Shown: positions 49,075-61,585 of the stretch, one piece after another | Numbering within the stretch: the stretch's first letter is position 1 | Layout: each line of letters begins with the position of its first letter | Program-made: the position numbers and the translations under genes | The notes under the pieces: generated by a model | The model's input: the letters and a program-made list of their open reading frames with translations, nothing else | Database searches by the model: none | Told to the model about the DNA's origin: nothing | Source: Psilocybe cubensis | Lineage: Eukaryota | Assembly: GCA_017499595.2 (NCBI GenBank) | Contig: CM038998.1 | Location: 3,038,001 to 3,102,000 of the forward strand | Length of the DNA: 64,000 nt | Direction of reading: 5' to 3'

Positions 49075-49752
49075 CTAAAAATTTGCTTTCCATTCTGCTT
49101 CACTTTCGTCCTCTCCCTCATAGTATTCTCGCTTCCATATTTGCGCTTTAAGCTTTACTTGCTCAAGAATTTCCTCGCAGACCAGGAATGCTTCTTTTCT
49201 GTGGGGTGAAGACACCGCAATAACTGGGTTGATACTTAAGTGATAGTACACTTCCAGGACTCTCCCCTCTACATACCTATGGAAGCCTCTCCGATAGGCA
49301 CCGTACCTAGTCGGTGGTGGATAGCACATCGCATCGTCGGCTGAATCGCATGTGGCTGATGTTGTGAGCGAAAGGCCCCTGTAATAGCTGATTTCCCAAT
49401 GTTCATCATAGTCTTGATGGCTATTGCAGAATATGCTTGATATTCGAGGCGAGTAACAATTTTCCCTACCGAATCATCCGTGAATGAAACCGCAGATACT
49501 TTTTTGATCTCACAAACCTTTGAAATAATTACGCGTCGTACCTGATAGATATCAGTGAGACTCGGAGTTATAATAATGATATACATAGCAGTTCTGAAAA
49601 CACAAACCAATGAAGACGGCAGTTGCACCTGAAGTGACATCTTGAACAGATGTAGTAATCTTGTATGTATCCAGAGGTTCGTATGTGAGAATGCATGAGA
49701 CTTGAGAATCTCTGAGGCTGGCTTCCACAGATGCTGCCGGTGTGAGAGCCAT
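49075..49752 (-). CDS. MOCS2: Molybdopterin synthase catalytic subunit (MoaE/MOCS2B)
   Basis: Motifs SGATAVFIGTTRN, LEYQAY, HRLGTVPIGEASI, AVSSPHRKEAF and IWKRE. Confidence 0.92.
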
Positions 49753-49850
49753 TGAACGAGAAACCCAAAAGCGTGGAAAACTTGCCAATTAATGGACGAC
49801 ATCGCGCGTCGTTTTGAAATTAGACCACGGCTCGTTCTTCTTCACATCCT
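49753..49850. promoter_or_regulatory. 98-bp bidirectional promoter between the MoaE and IRC3 genes
   Basis: Divergent ATGs at 49752 and 49851 with a central TCGCGCGT. Confidence 0.65.
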
Positions 49851-52458
49851 ATGCAATGCTGGAGGCGTTCTCTGTCTCTGTCTCATTTGCAGTGTCGCCG
49901 ACATAACTCAACGGATGCTGTCATCCTTCGGCCGTACCAAGAACACTGTCTACAGGCATGCACTGAAGCTCTTGCTTCTGGTTCGACGCGAATAGGCGTC
50001 TCTTTGCCGACGGGGGCAGGCAAAACGACAGTCTTTATATCTCTACTGTCGCGTATTTCTCCGCCTCCAGAAAATATGCAAGCCACAAGATCTCTCATTA
50101 TTGTCAACACCATCGAACTTGCTCATCAGGCCGCTACCAGAGTTGCAAGACTATTCCCCAACTGGACAGTGGAAATTGAACAAGGCACAAAACATCAGGC
50201 AACTGGTACAGCAGATATGTGAGTGCTCTTAAGACTGATCACAGAATGTCGCCTAAATTAGTGGTTTTGCAAAGCACTGTTGCGACATATCAAACGCTGA
50301 ACAATGAACGTCGTGCGAGCAAATTTGACCCCCTCAAGTTAAAGGCTGTCATTGTTGATGAAGCACATCACGCTGCTGCTCCTTCGTGCGTGCTCTCAGT
50401 GTGTTGGTTTTTTCCACGATTATTGAATTGAGTTCTCTCTAGTTATCGTCGATTACTGGCTCGATTTCATTCCGATATTATTGTCAAATCAGAGCTCGAT
50501 GAAGATAACGAAGATCATGCACCTAAGGATTCCGGCAGGGAGGACTTGAAAAGCAATGCAGAATTCGACACTACGGTAGCAAGTTATGAAGTTAGCACAC
50601 TTCCCAAGGTTCCTATCATCGGGTTCTCAGCAACCTTCGGGCGTCACGATGGTTTAGCTCTGAGTTCAGTGTTCGAACGCATTGTATACCACCGAGAACT
50701 GGCAGAAATGATGTTGGAAGAATGGTGTGCCTGGCATCTTGAATTGCTTTGCTGAACTCCCATAATTATTTCTTACCCATGTCCAGGCTCTGCAAAGTTC
50801 GGTTCATAGGTGTCGAGGCGGATTTGGACCTGAAAAGGGTAACTATCAGCTCCCACAATGGTGACTTCAATCCGACAAGTCTCGCGCATGTTGTAAACAC
50901 CGAAGCTATCAACAAAATCATTGTGAAATCTTGGATCTTCCATGCTTGTGAGAGTTGAAAGTATGCCATTGAAATATATTACTAAATCAAACCAAGCTCA
51001 AAAGAAGTCCACTCTCATTTTTTGTGTTAACATTGCCCATGTGGAAGCCTTGACCAATACTTTTTGTGAGGCTGGGATTGATGCACGGTCTATTTCCGGT
51101 AGGACTCCTGCAGACATACGAAAATCGACTATCCAAGCTTTCAAGGAGGGCGAATTCCCCGTCCTTCTGAACTGCGGTAAATAACTATTTTTTTGACCGT
51201 TCAACACGTCCATTAAAATTAATCAAAACTTCTTCACAGCGATCTTGACGGAAGGCGCTGATATACCAAACATAGATTGTGTCATGATTGCTCGACCAAC
51301 AAGATCTCGCAACCTGTACGCCCAAATGGTATGTAGTTTGTAGAACTTCATCCCTTTCAAAACGACTTACAATTAAAAAAATATAGATTGGACGTGGGAT
51401 GCGCCTTTCGCCAACCACTGGTAAAGAGGACTGCCTACTCATGGATTTCGTTGATACCCATGATCGAATGAATGAAAATTTGGCTGTAACACCCTCTCTC
51501 TTTGGTCTGGATCCCAATCTCATTTCAAAATCTGAATCTAGTAAGTGTCTGTGGAACTCGACATTTTTTGCAGCTCTCATCAATGTATGGTAGAATCCCA
51601 GGAATCGGATCCCAAAGTTTCTTTCTCGCCCACGCCAATTGACATCTCTGACCCCAAAAACGTAACATTCACGGACTACGGAGAGATTTTTTTGAATCAT
51701 TTACTGCCGGGCAGTAAACCATCGCATATTTATTCGTTAAGCAGTCTTGCATGGGTTGACTGTGGCAAGAACTTATACATACTCGAAGTCCTCAAAAAAG
51801 GGACTATCCGTCTCAAGAAAGAAGGTGAAGATCCCATTAATCATCTCAACCTGCTTGTGTTGACTCGATCAAGGAGGGGGTCGTTTTGTTATCACCTATA
51901 ATCCCAAACTCGGATATGGACCACAGAAAATATTTATGAAATCTAAGGAAATAGCAACCAGAGAAGATTTACCTTCGGCTGTCAAAACGGCAGAAGTATT
52001 TCTTGAGCGTGTTCTCCTCAAGGACAATGGCGGCTGGGAACTCGCAGCGTGAGCTTTCGTGCATTCACTTTCATGCTCCAATATGTAGATAAATTCATTT
52101 GAACAGGTTACGTCGAAGTGCGAAGTGGAGAAAGGAACCTGCAACAGACCAGCAACAAAAGTTTGTAATGGGTAAATGGACCGAAAAAATTTCTCCCGGT
52201 ATGACTACAGCACAGAAAAAGGAAATATTAGCAAGTTTAAACAAGGGAAACATTGCGGATATCATCACACGCCTTCTAAATGGCTCAACAGTGCGTCAAT
52301 ATACAATTTTATTGCAATTACAATATTGAAGTTGATGATGTTATCAGTCTCACATGCAAAGGTTGGCAGCCGCAATGACAAAAAAAGCAGCTAAAGAAGA
52401 GAAAGAAAAGGCTCGTCGTTCTAGGGAGACAGTCACCGTCGGACCTCTACCTGCCTAA
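49851..52458 (+). CDS. IRC3: Irc3-like mitochondrial SF2 (DExH) DNA helicase
   Basis: Arg-rich presequence-like start, [37 protein letters not shown] and QMIGRGMR. Confidence 0.88.
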
Positions 52459-52463
52459 ACTAG

Positions 52464-55400
52464 TCAATTGTCTATCGTGGACAGTGCAGGAGAGACTGCC
52501 GAATGACTCTGCAGAGTCAACACAGCGGCCTTTTGGGCCACGTAAATGGCGTCTTTAAGACTCTTGGGATGATATAATGCATTGGTGTCACTTGCCAAAG
52601 TGGCCAAGAGTGCACCGACAAATGAGTCGCCAGCGCCCGTCACGTTTTCCAAAGCAGCAATAGGTAGAGATGGGAAGTGTTGGAGTAAAATGATCTCGTC
52701 CGAGTTGCCGTGAGCAATTACATATCTTTGTTTTGGATTACTGCGTAACCTGGCCCAGCCTGAAGTAGCTGCATCTTTAGCATCAATGCACATCGCAACC
52801 AATACACCCTGATCTCCACATTTGATGACGAGGTGCTGGAAGTACGGGAGGAGATGAATGGCCTTCTGAGCTATTCCTTCATCGATGAGAAACGCCAATG
52901 TTGCGTTCGAGTCAGGTTTATCGGATGCTGGCATGCGCGCTAGTTGTTCGAGATCATTTCTATATGCCGAGCCAAGGTTGAAGCTCGTAATTGTAGACCA
53001 CCAAGAGGAATTGTCGACTTCTAGCAAGTCAGACTGTGCAGCGTCGTAGATATGGTCCAGCTCAAGTAGATTTGGTGTACAGAATGCAACTGGTTTTGCA
53101 GGGATGTTTACTTGCTGAGAGGATTTTATGGCTGGAAGAATAGCGGTGGATTTGATAACCGAAGTAGGTTCGCTAGAATTTTCTAATGAGATTGCAAAAT
53201 TGGAAGAAATAAAATGCGATCAGGCCTACAAAAGAACTAAAAATTATTAATGATAATGAAAACCACTTTTTTTTTTTTTTAAAAAAAAGAGTACCTTTGA
53301 TAGCATGTATTTCACAGTATTCCACAATGGATGTGATAGTTTCTGGAGAGAGATTACCATCTACTGCCACAATGGTCGGTGTGTGCTTCTTCAAAAGCGG
53401 AAGTATCTGGAGTAGGACTTAATTATCTGCACAGGTGGGAATATATTAGGTCCAAATACCACGTCGCTAGTCATGGTCTTAACAATGGTCATGTCTGCCA
53501 CTCCTCCTACCAATGTCCCTTTACTGTCCAAAACCATGTTGCATACGGCGCTTGCATGATCGAGTCTTATGAGGCCATCCGTGCGGATTCCGAATTCGTT
53601 AAATTTATCCACGAGTAGATGTCCAAATGCATCACGACCAACTGAACTGATTAGCACTGTTGATAGACTTGGAAATCTGGCTTCCATAATGCGATGTGAC
53701 GCCTCAGCTATGTTGCGACCAACGCCTCCTAATGTCAGGTTCACACGACCAGGAGCGGTCGAATGTACGGCAAGAGCAGAGTTTGTGTTGGGATGTTCCT
53801 GAGAGGTGATATCCACTGCAGCCGAACCAATGACAACGACATTTGCAGGCGGCTGGTTTATAGGGAGGTCAAATTGTGTTTGAGTTCTCAGAGGGTATAA
53901 ATTCACATGATGAGCGTTTTCTCCGTTAGAGTGGTCAGAAAAGGACGACGCCGACGGAGTACTCTGGGGATGGAAAATAGAAGAGCTCTTATTGCCTGAA
54001 GTATAGGCCTAAAATGAGATAGTAAGCACACCGGTATACTAGATCCACCCTATCAAAGGTCACCACGCACGGCCCGGTTGACTAGTTCTTGATACTTAAC
54101 AGCAATTTGACCACCTAAAACAAAACCGTTAGACGAAGAGGGATACATGGCAATGAGTTTACGCACCGACAAGGGCAGTGTTTTCCAAGAGAGCTATGTT
54201 TGAAGGTAAAGATTTTCCAGCGCTGAGTTCAGCTATTCTTGACAGAAGCCATGGGGTGGCATCTTTTCCACTTTGACTAATTCCATTCCGTTCCGATTCC
54301 AGCACGGCTTGGTTTACGTATTCTTGGATCTCCTTCCCTATCTCCTCGTATTCTTCTGGAATCGGTACGGCGATTAATGCACCATTTTGCATTCCTAGCT
54401 GATGTTGCGCAACTGTACTTATAATATCAGTAAATTGGTTGCATCTCTTGAACAAATAGCACACACATAACATTTCGGCTACCACCGAAGGATTGTCCAT
54501 ATTCCATGGAACCTACGAGAGAGAACAATTTTATGAGGTTGTATGAGCACAAAAGATTTAGGCGATAATTACATTTTGACCGCTATGTCGGGAGAAGAAT
54601 GCCGGAAACTCTTTTGATTGGTTGTAGGTGATGACCGGAACTCCAAGAGTTTCCTGTAAGGATAATTAGACACATCGAGATGCCACCCAAAAGACACTTT
54701 ACAAGGTATTCGAGTGTCCTGAGTATTGGCGTTTATTAAACCACATTGTAAGGGTCAAGTGAAGCATGCATACCTTGGGATATCCAAGATTGACTTTACA
54801 CCAGACGAAACCAGTCCTACAGGACACCTTGTGAGTTCCGGTAGGTCAGCAGAGATGTCCAATGCTATGTAATATATGCGCATATTAGACATGTTCAGTA
54901 ATGTAATATACCATAATGATACTTACACTTCTCGCCGCCACGGTGGACACCACCAAGCCTAAGACACGAAATTGGGCCGTGAACATAAGTGAGGTATCGA
55001 TTGCCATTCGTACTTACCCGCCGGTCGCAAAAACCTGAGGTAATCGTTTCAAAAAAACACATACGACTTTTATATATGCTAATTGACATACCTTAATCCC
55101 AGCCAAAGCGGTAAATACAAGAGTGCCGCTACAGGTTGTACCTGGCGAATCATGGTCAGACAACTAGCCAAAAAGGTGGTACACCAGGGCTATGATATTG
55201 CAACGTACCACCGTCGGCTTTCAAGGCAATAGCTGCTGCAATGTCACGACGAGATATTTTGGCGGGCTTGTTAACCCTCGATGCCAATCGGTCCAACTCT
55301 TCTCTAGTCATCCCGATTTTGACACGTCCTCCAATAATACCAATTGTAGCAGGAATAGAGCCGGTAGACCGCACAATCTGTTCAAGGTCCAACGGAAGTT

Positions 55401-55617
55401 TGAGGCTTGACGGGTACGGGAATCCATGGGTGACAAGTGCAGTCTCAAGTGCAACAACTGGTTTGTTATGCGCAAGAGCTTCCTCCACCTCTGGGTGAAT
55501 ATCAACCGGTGTACCTTTCAACAGAGTACGGTTGCCAGAATGGAGGTCAGATAATGTAGAGAACCCGCGATGTAGGGACCTGACTCTGGTTCCCTGGAGA
55601 GACCGCAGTATAGACAT
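52464..55617 (-). CDS. Bifunctional pseudouridine-5'-phosphate glycosidase (PsuG/IndA) + PfkB-family pseudouridine kinase
   Basis: PsuG motifs VVALETALVTHG, GGLGGVHRG, DISADL, GVKSILD and GKDATPWLL; PfkB motifs GGVGRNIA and NVTGAGDSFVG; mitochondrial-type N-terminus MSILRSLQGTRVRSLHRGFS. Confidence 0.92.
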
Positions 55618-56184
55618 GAAGGTGGGCGCTAAGCAGATACTATGACAATTGTGATCGGAGTGACGACTGTGACGTAAAACACTCAGAGAACGCTTGGGGA
55701 CAGTAGGTACGACAACAGCTCGTTCTTATACTTGCAAAGCCAGGGTCTAGGGTGAATGGGTTGAGAGAGGGTTGAGGGTTCATGGCCTTGAAGGGGTTTC
55801 AGGGAGCACGACATATGGACATGGAGTATGTCGATAGTCAGATAAACGACTTGAAGCGACCCGCCAAGCCGCCTGATTAACGCGAATGTATGAACCGTTT
55901 GAAATCAAGTTATTGTAAATGCAAACGCAAAAGTTGGCGCATAACATTGTTCGGTCGAGCATCCCATGCATCCTGCGGTTACCAACTTTAATAGACTTAT
56001 CACACAAAGGACATCCTTGAGACGTATTATATTGGACTGCTCTACGGATATAGGGACGTTTACGAGGGTATAGTGTAGCGCCATACCCAGTGTAAGAAAA
56101 AGAAAGTCTATGCGTAATAAATGTATATGATGCGTAGGCTTCAAATGAGTCGGCTTACACCAACAACAAACTAGGCGCCTTTTT

Positions 56185-57447
56185 TTAGCCGGAACCTGAG
56201 AAATCACCGTAAGCGCAAGAAAGTCGGGAAAAATCGGATTGGACATACCTCCGGAGTAGACCTTTCCGAACATGATCTCCTGGAGCTTGTCGTACAGGGA
56301 CAACACACCAGCACCAGCAACACCACGGAGGATGTTGGCACCAGCACCCTTGAAGAGGGACTTAGTGCCCTCCTTGGCAATGATCTGAGATCCAGCATCG
56401 AACATAGACTTGTAGTTAACACCGGATCCAGAGGTCATCATCATACGACGACGGATGGTATCGAGAGGGTAAGAAGCGAGACCGGCACCAATGGTGACTC
56501 CCCATCCGAGACCGAAGGAGGCAAGGAAGGAACCTTCGAGTTGACCAACGAGAACAACGGGCTCTAAAGAAGGAATAAGAAACAGCGACCATGAATGGCA
56601 GTGTTCAAAAACTTACTGAGCGAATCGTAGACACCGAAGTAGAGACCACGGTAGACGATGATACCAACGACGGAGGGGACGAATCCACGGTAGAGACCGG
56701 CAATACCATCGGAAGCGAGAGTCTTCCTGTAGACATCGACCAAGCCGTTGAACTGACGAGTTCCTCCACCCTTAGCAGACTTGGCATCATTGGCGAGACG
56801 GGTACGGGCGTAATCGAGGGAGTAGACGAAGAGAAGGGAAGAGGCACCAGCAGCACCACCAGAAGCGACGTTGCCAGCGAACCACTTCCAGTAGCCTTCG
56901 CTCTTCTTGAAACCGAACAAGGACTTGAAGTAATCCTCTGTTGAAAGCAGTTAGCAACCTGCGCGCCTATCCAATAAAAGTTGCATACTGAAAGCGAAGT
57001 TCAGAGCCTGAGTGGGGAAGTAACGGATGACATTGGCAGTGTTTCCTCTCCACAATGAAAGGATACCCTCATCGCGGTAGGTGCGGCTGAAAGCATCGCC
57101 GATACCCTTGTAAGGGGTGGCAAGACGACCCTGCTTGATCTAAGGTCGTGACGTGTCAACATCATTCAAGGTGCACACGAACAAAAGACCAACCATCTCG
57201 TCCTGGTTCTGGACCAGGAGCTTGATGCGCTCAATGGGAGCTGCGGAGGTCTTAGCGACAGCCTATATCCCCAATGAATAAGCATTTAATTGAAGGAAAT
57301 ATAGTGGTTGAAAACTTACAGCAGACACACCACCCATCATGAAATCGACTACATGACGAGGACGATGAGCAACGCTGGCAAAGAAGAGGAAGCAATAGAC
57401 ATACTGGCGAATTCACGGGGCGACTTGCCCTTCTTTGCGTCCGACAT
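56185..57447 (-). CDS. AAC: Mitochondrial ADP/ATP carrier
   Basis: Motifs [41 protein letters not shown] and [12 protein letters not shown]; strong codon bias. Confidence 0.97.
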
Positions 57448-57735
57448 TTTGTGAGGGAACCGGAGGGGAGGAGTGGAGGTTAAGGAAAAGGTTGAAGGAT
57501 GTGTTGGCGAAAAAACTTCGCGTCAAAAGGACTTCGGGAAGCACCGGATCACTTTCAACTCCGCTCCCGCCTTAACCGGCCAATTTGCCGGGTCCCGCCA
57601 ATGAGCATGTCTTGAGCCTGTCACACTTTTCTTGGTGGAATTACTCGCGCCTAGTTGTACGTTTATGCGCATTAACACCGTGTAATTACAGTACAATAGT
57701 TGTAATATTTATCAAATAATTCTAAGTAAAATGGA

Positions 57736-60284
57736 CTATGCTGGTCGCCATCGCTGGCCGTTGGGTGGTGGCGGTTGGCGGTACGTGGGGTTGGTCAAAG
57801 GTGGGAGTTGTAGTGACGGATTGGCAGGGCCTATTCTCCCAGCGTTGTAATGTGGATAACCATTGACAGTGGGCGGAGGAAGAACGTTTCCGGAGAATAC
57901 GGACTGATAATGAACAGGGGAGGGAGGCGGATGGTTGTTCATCAAAGATGTGTGCGGGAGTGTTGCAATACTGTTCGGAATTGAAGACACTGGCGGAGCG
58001 GGTAGGATGCGTGAAGAGGGGTCAATCCTCGCCTTCTTCCATACTGGGTCGGCCGAGTTGTCCAAGTCGGACTCCGTCGCTCTACGTTTTCCCTGGGCAT
58101 GAGAAATTATGGGATGCTCCTCGTCCGAGTCGTCCAAAGTCAGGTCAATGACTTGTGTACTCGGCTGCGACTGAGGCCGGGACTGTGATTGTGGTTGGGT
58201 CATGGGGGGCAATGTTCCCTCGAAAGACAAATTCATAGAAGAGGCGTAAGACGGCGATAACTCCCGCTTCACGCGGCCTTCATCTTCGTCATCATCCGAA
58301 TCATCGAGCACAAATATTTCCTTTTGCTTGCCCTTGCTGTTGGCTTGGTCTGAGCCATTCGATGGTGGACACGTAGGATTATGGGTGGGTGTAGGTGGTT
58401 TCTTGGATGACGAAGATGATGAATTAGCTGAGGGAGGGTGAGCTGCAATCCACTCTCTAGACCCATACTTGTTGTCTGTGGTATGCCATTGGCCGTCCGC
58501 TTCAACCATGACATCCTCGACGCTGTCTGGAGTTTGCCTTAAAATTTCGTCAAAATACCTGGCATGGAACATCAAAACGCAGACTAGACACAGTGATAAC
58601 AAGGCTCAGCATCCTTACCCATCCATGATTAAATCCTTATGATCCAAAGTTCTTTCACAGACGGGACATAACCATGTCGTCGTTTGTTCCATCATGGTGA
58701 ACCAGGATGTCGCATCAAAACATTGAGGGTGGACGCATTTCGAAGAGCGACAAGGGGTCACAATGCGTACAAAAGTTAGCTATTAAAGGCATAAATACAA
58801 TAAAACCGAGAAATACAATTGATTCTTACTGGACATTTCAAAGACATCTTTTGCGGTCCTGCTATGATATCGTCGTCTTCCGACAAAGCCTGTAGCACTA
58901 TGAAGCGTTCAGAATGCAGTAATATAGAAAAACCGCAAAAGCATTTACTTTTCTCACGAATCTCCACTGCTGATTTTAGATGCTGACCCCGTAGGTTATT
59001 GACCAGGTTATCGATTGTCGTGGCTTCAACGAGCATGATTATTATGAAGTACTTCTGGCCCTGGACGATGAGTATAATGTAAACTGAAGAATAGAAAAGG
59101 GGCCAACTTTTGATTGAACCGGTTGCTGACTATTTACATACACCATTTCAACTCGGTTCGTCCCAGTGGTACGCGAATATTTGGTGATATCCGGAGGGGG
59201 TGCCGTTCCAGGTTTCTTCTTCAATCCTTTCAAGTTAGCTGTAATTTGTGTGCCATTCACGCGCACTTCGCAAGTAGGAGGGAATTCCATGGGACACGGA
59301 AAGTTTCCTGCTCTAAAAGATCCCATCCCAGGAAAAAACACAGATGACGTGCAGAAAAGTCGAAGTTGAAATTTTGACCTTGGTATTTTTATAAGAGATT
59401 TATAAACGCGGACACAAATAGAGAATATACTTACGAAGTTTTCATTTTCGTTGATTGATCAGCTGTGAGCGTAAATGTGAGCGATTGTGATCGACGATCT
59501 GTAGAACTTGTGGATTCTCACGTAACGCGATATCAGCATAGGACGAGATGTATTAAAAAAGCTAGCATACCAGGACATTCTACCAAAGAGGATACAGATT
59601 GGTCAATTGCGAAAAAAGGGGAGTCTTTGAAACGGATCCCTAAAGAAAGACGTAAGTTGCCATATCGCGGAAATGAGTCTTGATGTATGTGTACCTGTGA
59701 CCTTGGTCGCAGAAGACGAAGGATGGGGCGTAAGACCGGTGGGTCGTCGAGGAGGTGCATATGGGTCGTAATGACCGATGCTACTACTTGAACCTGGCAG
59801 GGCTTGTGTGTAATGGTTAGGTTTCGGGGGGTCGTACGCGGTGTGAGGATTGGGAACGGGTGGAAGTGTGGTGGTTAACGATGGCATTCGACTAGGCGTA
59901 TAGCTGAATAGTTTGAAAGAGAAAAGGTATCATAAGGCGGCAGCGTCGTTATAATGGATATACGACGACTCACCTTCCATGAGACCGTACTTGATATATG
60001 ATACTTTTGGCCCGCATCCATTTGTCCTCAGAATTATTAGCTCGCCATGACTCCAGCGTATGAATAATCCTATCGATTATTTCCTGTTTCTTGCCAGATT
60101 TCGACATGTGCGTGCCACACTCCTCGTTCAAACCCGTCAAGATTTGCTTCAGCCTATCAACGGTGTTGCCCTTAATGCCGTGTCGAATTGCCTGACATCA
60201 CGGTATGAGTATGATGATTTAAAAAAATTGATACGGGAAAGCGTAGCTTACATCATAGTCCATCCATACGTCTGTGGCAGCCAT
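57736..60284 (-). CDS. SIZ1: SUMO E3 ligase Siz/PIAS (SAP-like, PINIT and SP-RING domains)
   Basis: FKDSPFF, MEFP, NLKGLKKKPGTAPP, the SP-RING SLKCP...PCRSSKCVHPQCFD...WLCPVC, and SIM-like IFVLDDSDD and VIDLTLDD. Confidence 0.92.
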
Positions 60285-60538
60285 TACAGTGCTGGCTAAG
60301 CAATAAAAGAGCGGTGGCTACAAGTGTAGTACTGTGGCTAAAATGTGAAGTCAATATTGTGCGGGCCAGGAGGGTCCCTTGGAACCAAATAGACACACAC
60401 AACAAAGACGCGCTTCGCTTAGGTCATCCAATCGGAAATTGCATCGACCGTCATTGACACGAGGCGGCGCCTGTTATTAGATTACCACAACTTCTTTTTC
60501 TCTAATCCCCTCTCATCTTATCCTGCAGAAACAAAGTG

Positions 60539-61455
60539 ATGGTCTCTGACCAAGAAGACAATGGTACGCTCACTCCTGAGCAACGCGAAGCCCGTGACAA
60601 AGAGGCAAGACTACGGGAACAAGAAGAACAGGCTGGTATGCAAGCGAAGAGTAGCATTGCACGCTACTTGGTCTGATCATCATCAAACAATATATCTACA
60701 GCCCTTCCTTACTCTTGGACCCAAGAACTAGGAGAAGTAGATGTGACTGTACCTGTGCCACAGGGTACCCGCGGCAAAGATTTGGCTATTACTATCGACA
60801 AGAAGAGGCTCAGTGTTGGCCTGAAAGGTCGGGAGCCCATTATGTCGGGAGAATTATGCAAGGAAATCAAGGTTGAAGACAGTACTTGGACCGTTCGTAA
60901 GTACATAAATAACTGTTTTGGAACCTGTCTAATGATATCTTGTAGAGGATAATAAGGCTGTCTTGATTCACTTGGAAAAACTCAATAAGCAGACTTGGTG
61001 GGAGAATGTCTTAACACATCACCCCAAGATCGACACGAAGAAAATCGAGCCAGCAAATAGCAAACTCGATGATCTGGACTCTGAAACGAGGTATATTCTC
61101 AACAGGACGTGTTTAAAAGTAATGATCATATCTAATCTATAATTTCAGAGGAATGGTCGAGAAAATGATGGTGAGACTATCCATTCTCCTTCACCAAAAG
61201 GAGTTATACTAAATACCCAAATACCAGTTCGATAACCAGCAGAAGGTCTATACCTTATCAAATACTCCATGTCCTCCGCTGAATTGCACTTCTTTCTAGC
61301 AACTTGGACGGCCCACTTCTGACGAAATCAAAAAGATGGAGGTAAATATCACCATGCTTTGGTAACGATATAAATTTTGACACACTTCATAGGCTCTGAA
61401 AAAGTTCCAAGCTGCTCATCCCGAGCTCGATTTCTCCAAGGCTAAGATCTCTTAA
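60539..61455 (+). CDS. nudC: Nuclear movement protein NudC (CS/p23 domain)
   Basis: Motifs YSWTQEL, DSTWT, WWENV, SKLDDLDSETRGMVEKMMFDNQQK and HPELDFSKAKI. Confidence 0.95.
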
Positions 61456-61585
61456 ACTTTAGATGCTTAGTATGTCTCAATTTATTTACGCGATATGCCG
61501 CGTACCTGTCATTTGAATAAATCAAACAAGGGCAATAGCGATGATATCTTTAAATCAAAAAAGGCAAGACATAAAGCAATCTAAT

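Noticed and set aside
56591-56944. Plus-strand ORF opposite the ADP/ATP carrier
   Set aside because: Strong codon bias of the carrier removes antisense stops; there are no independent protein features.
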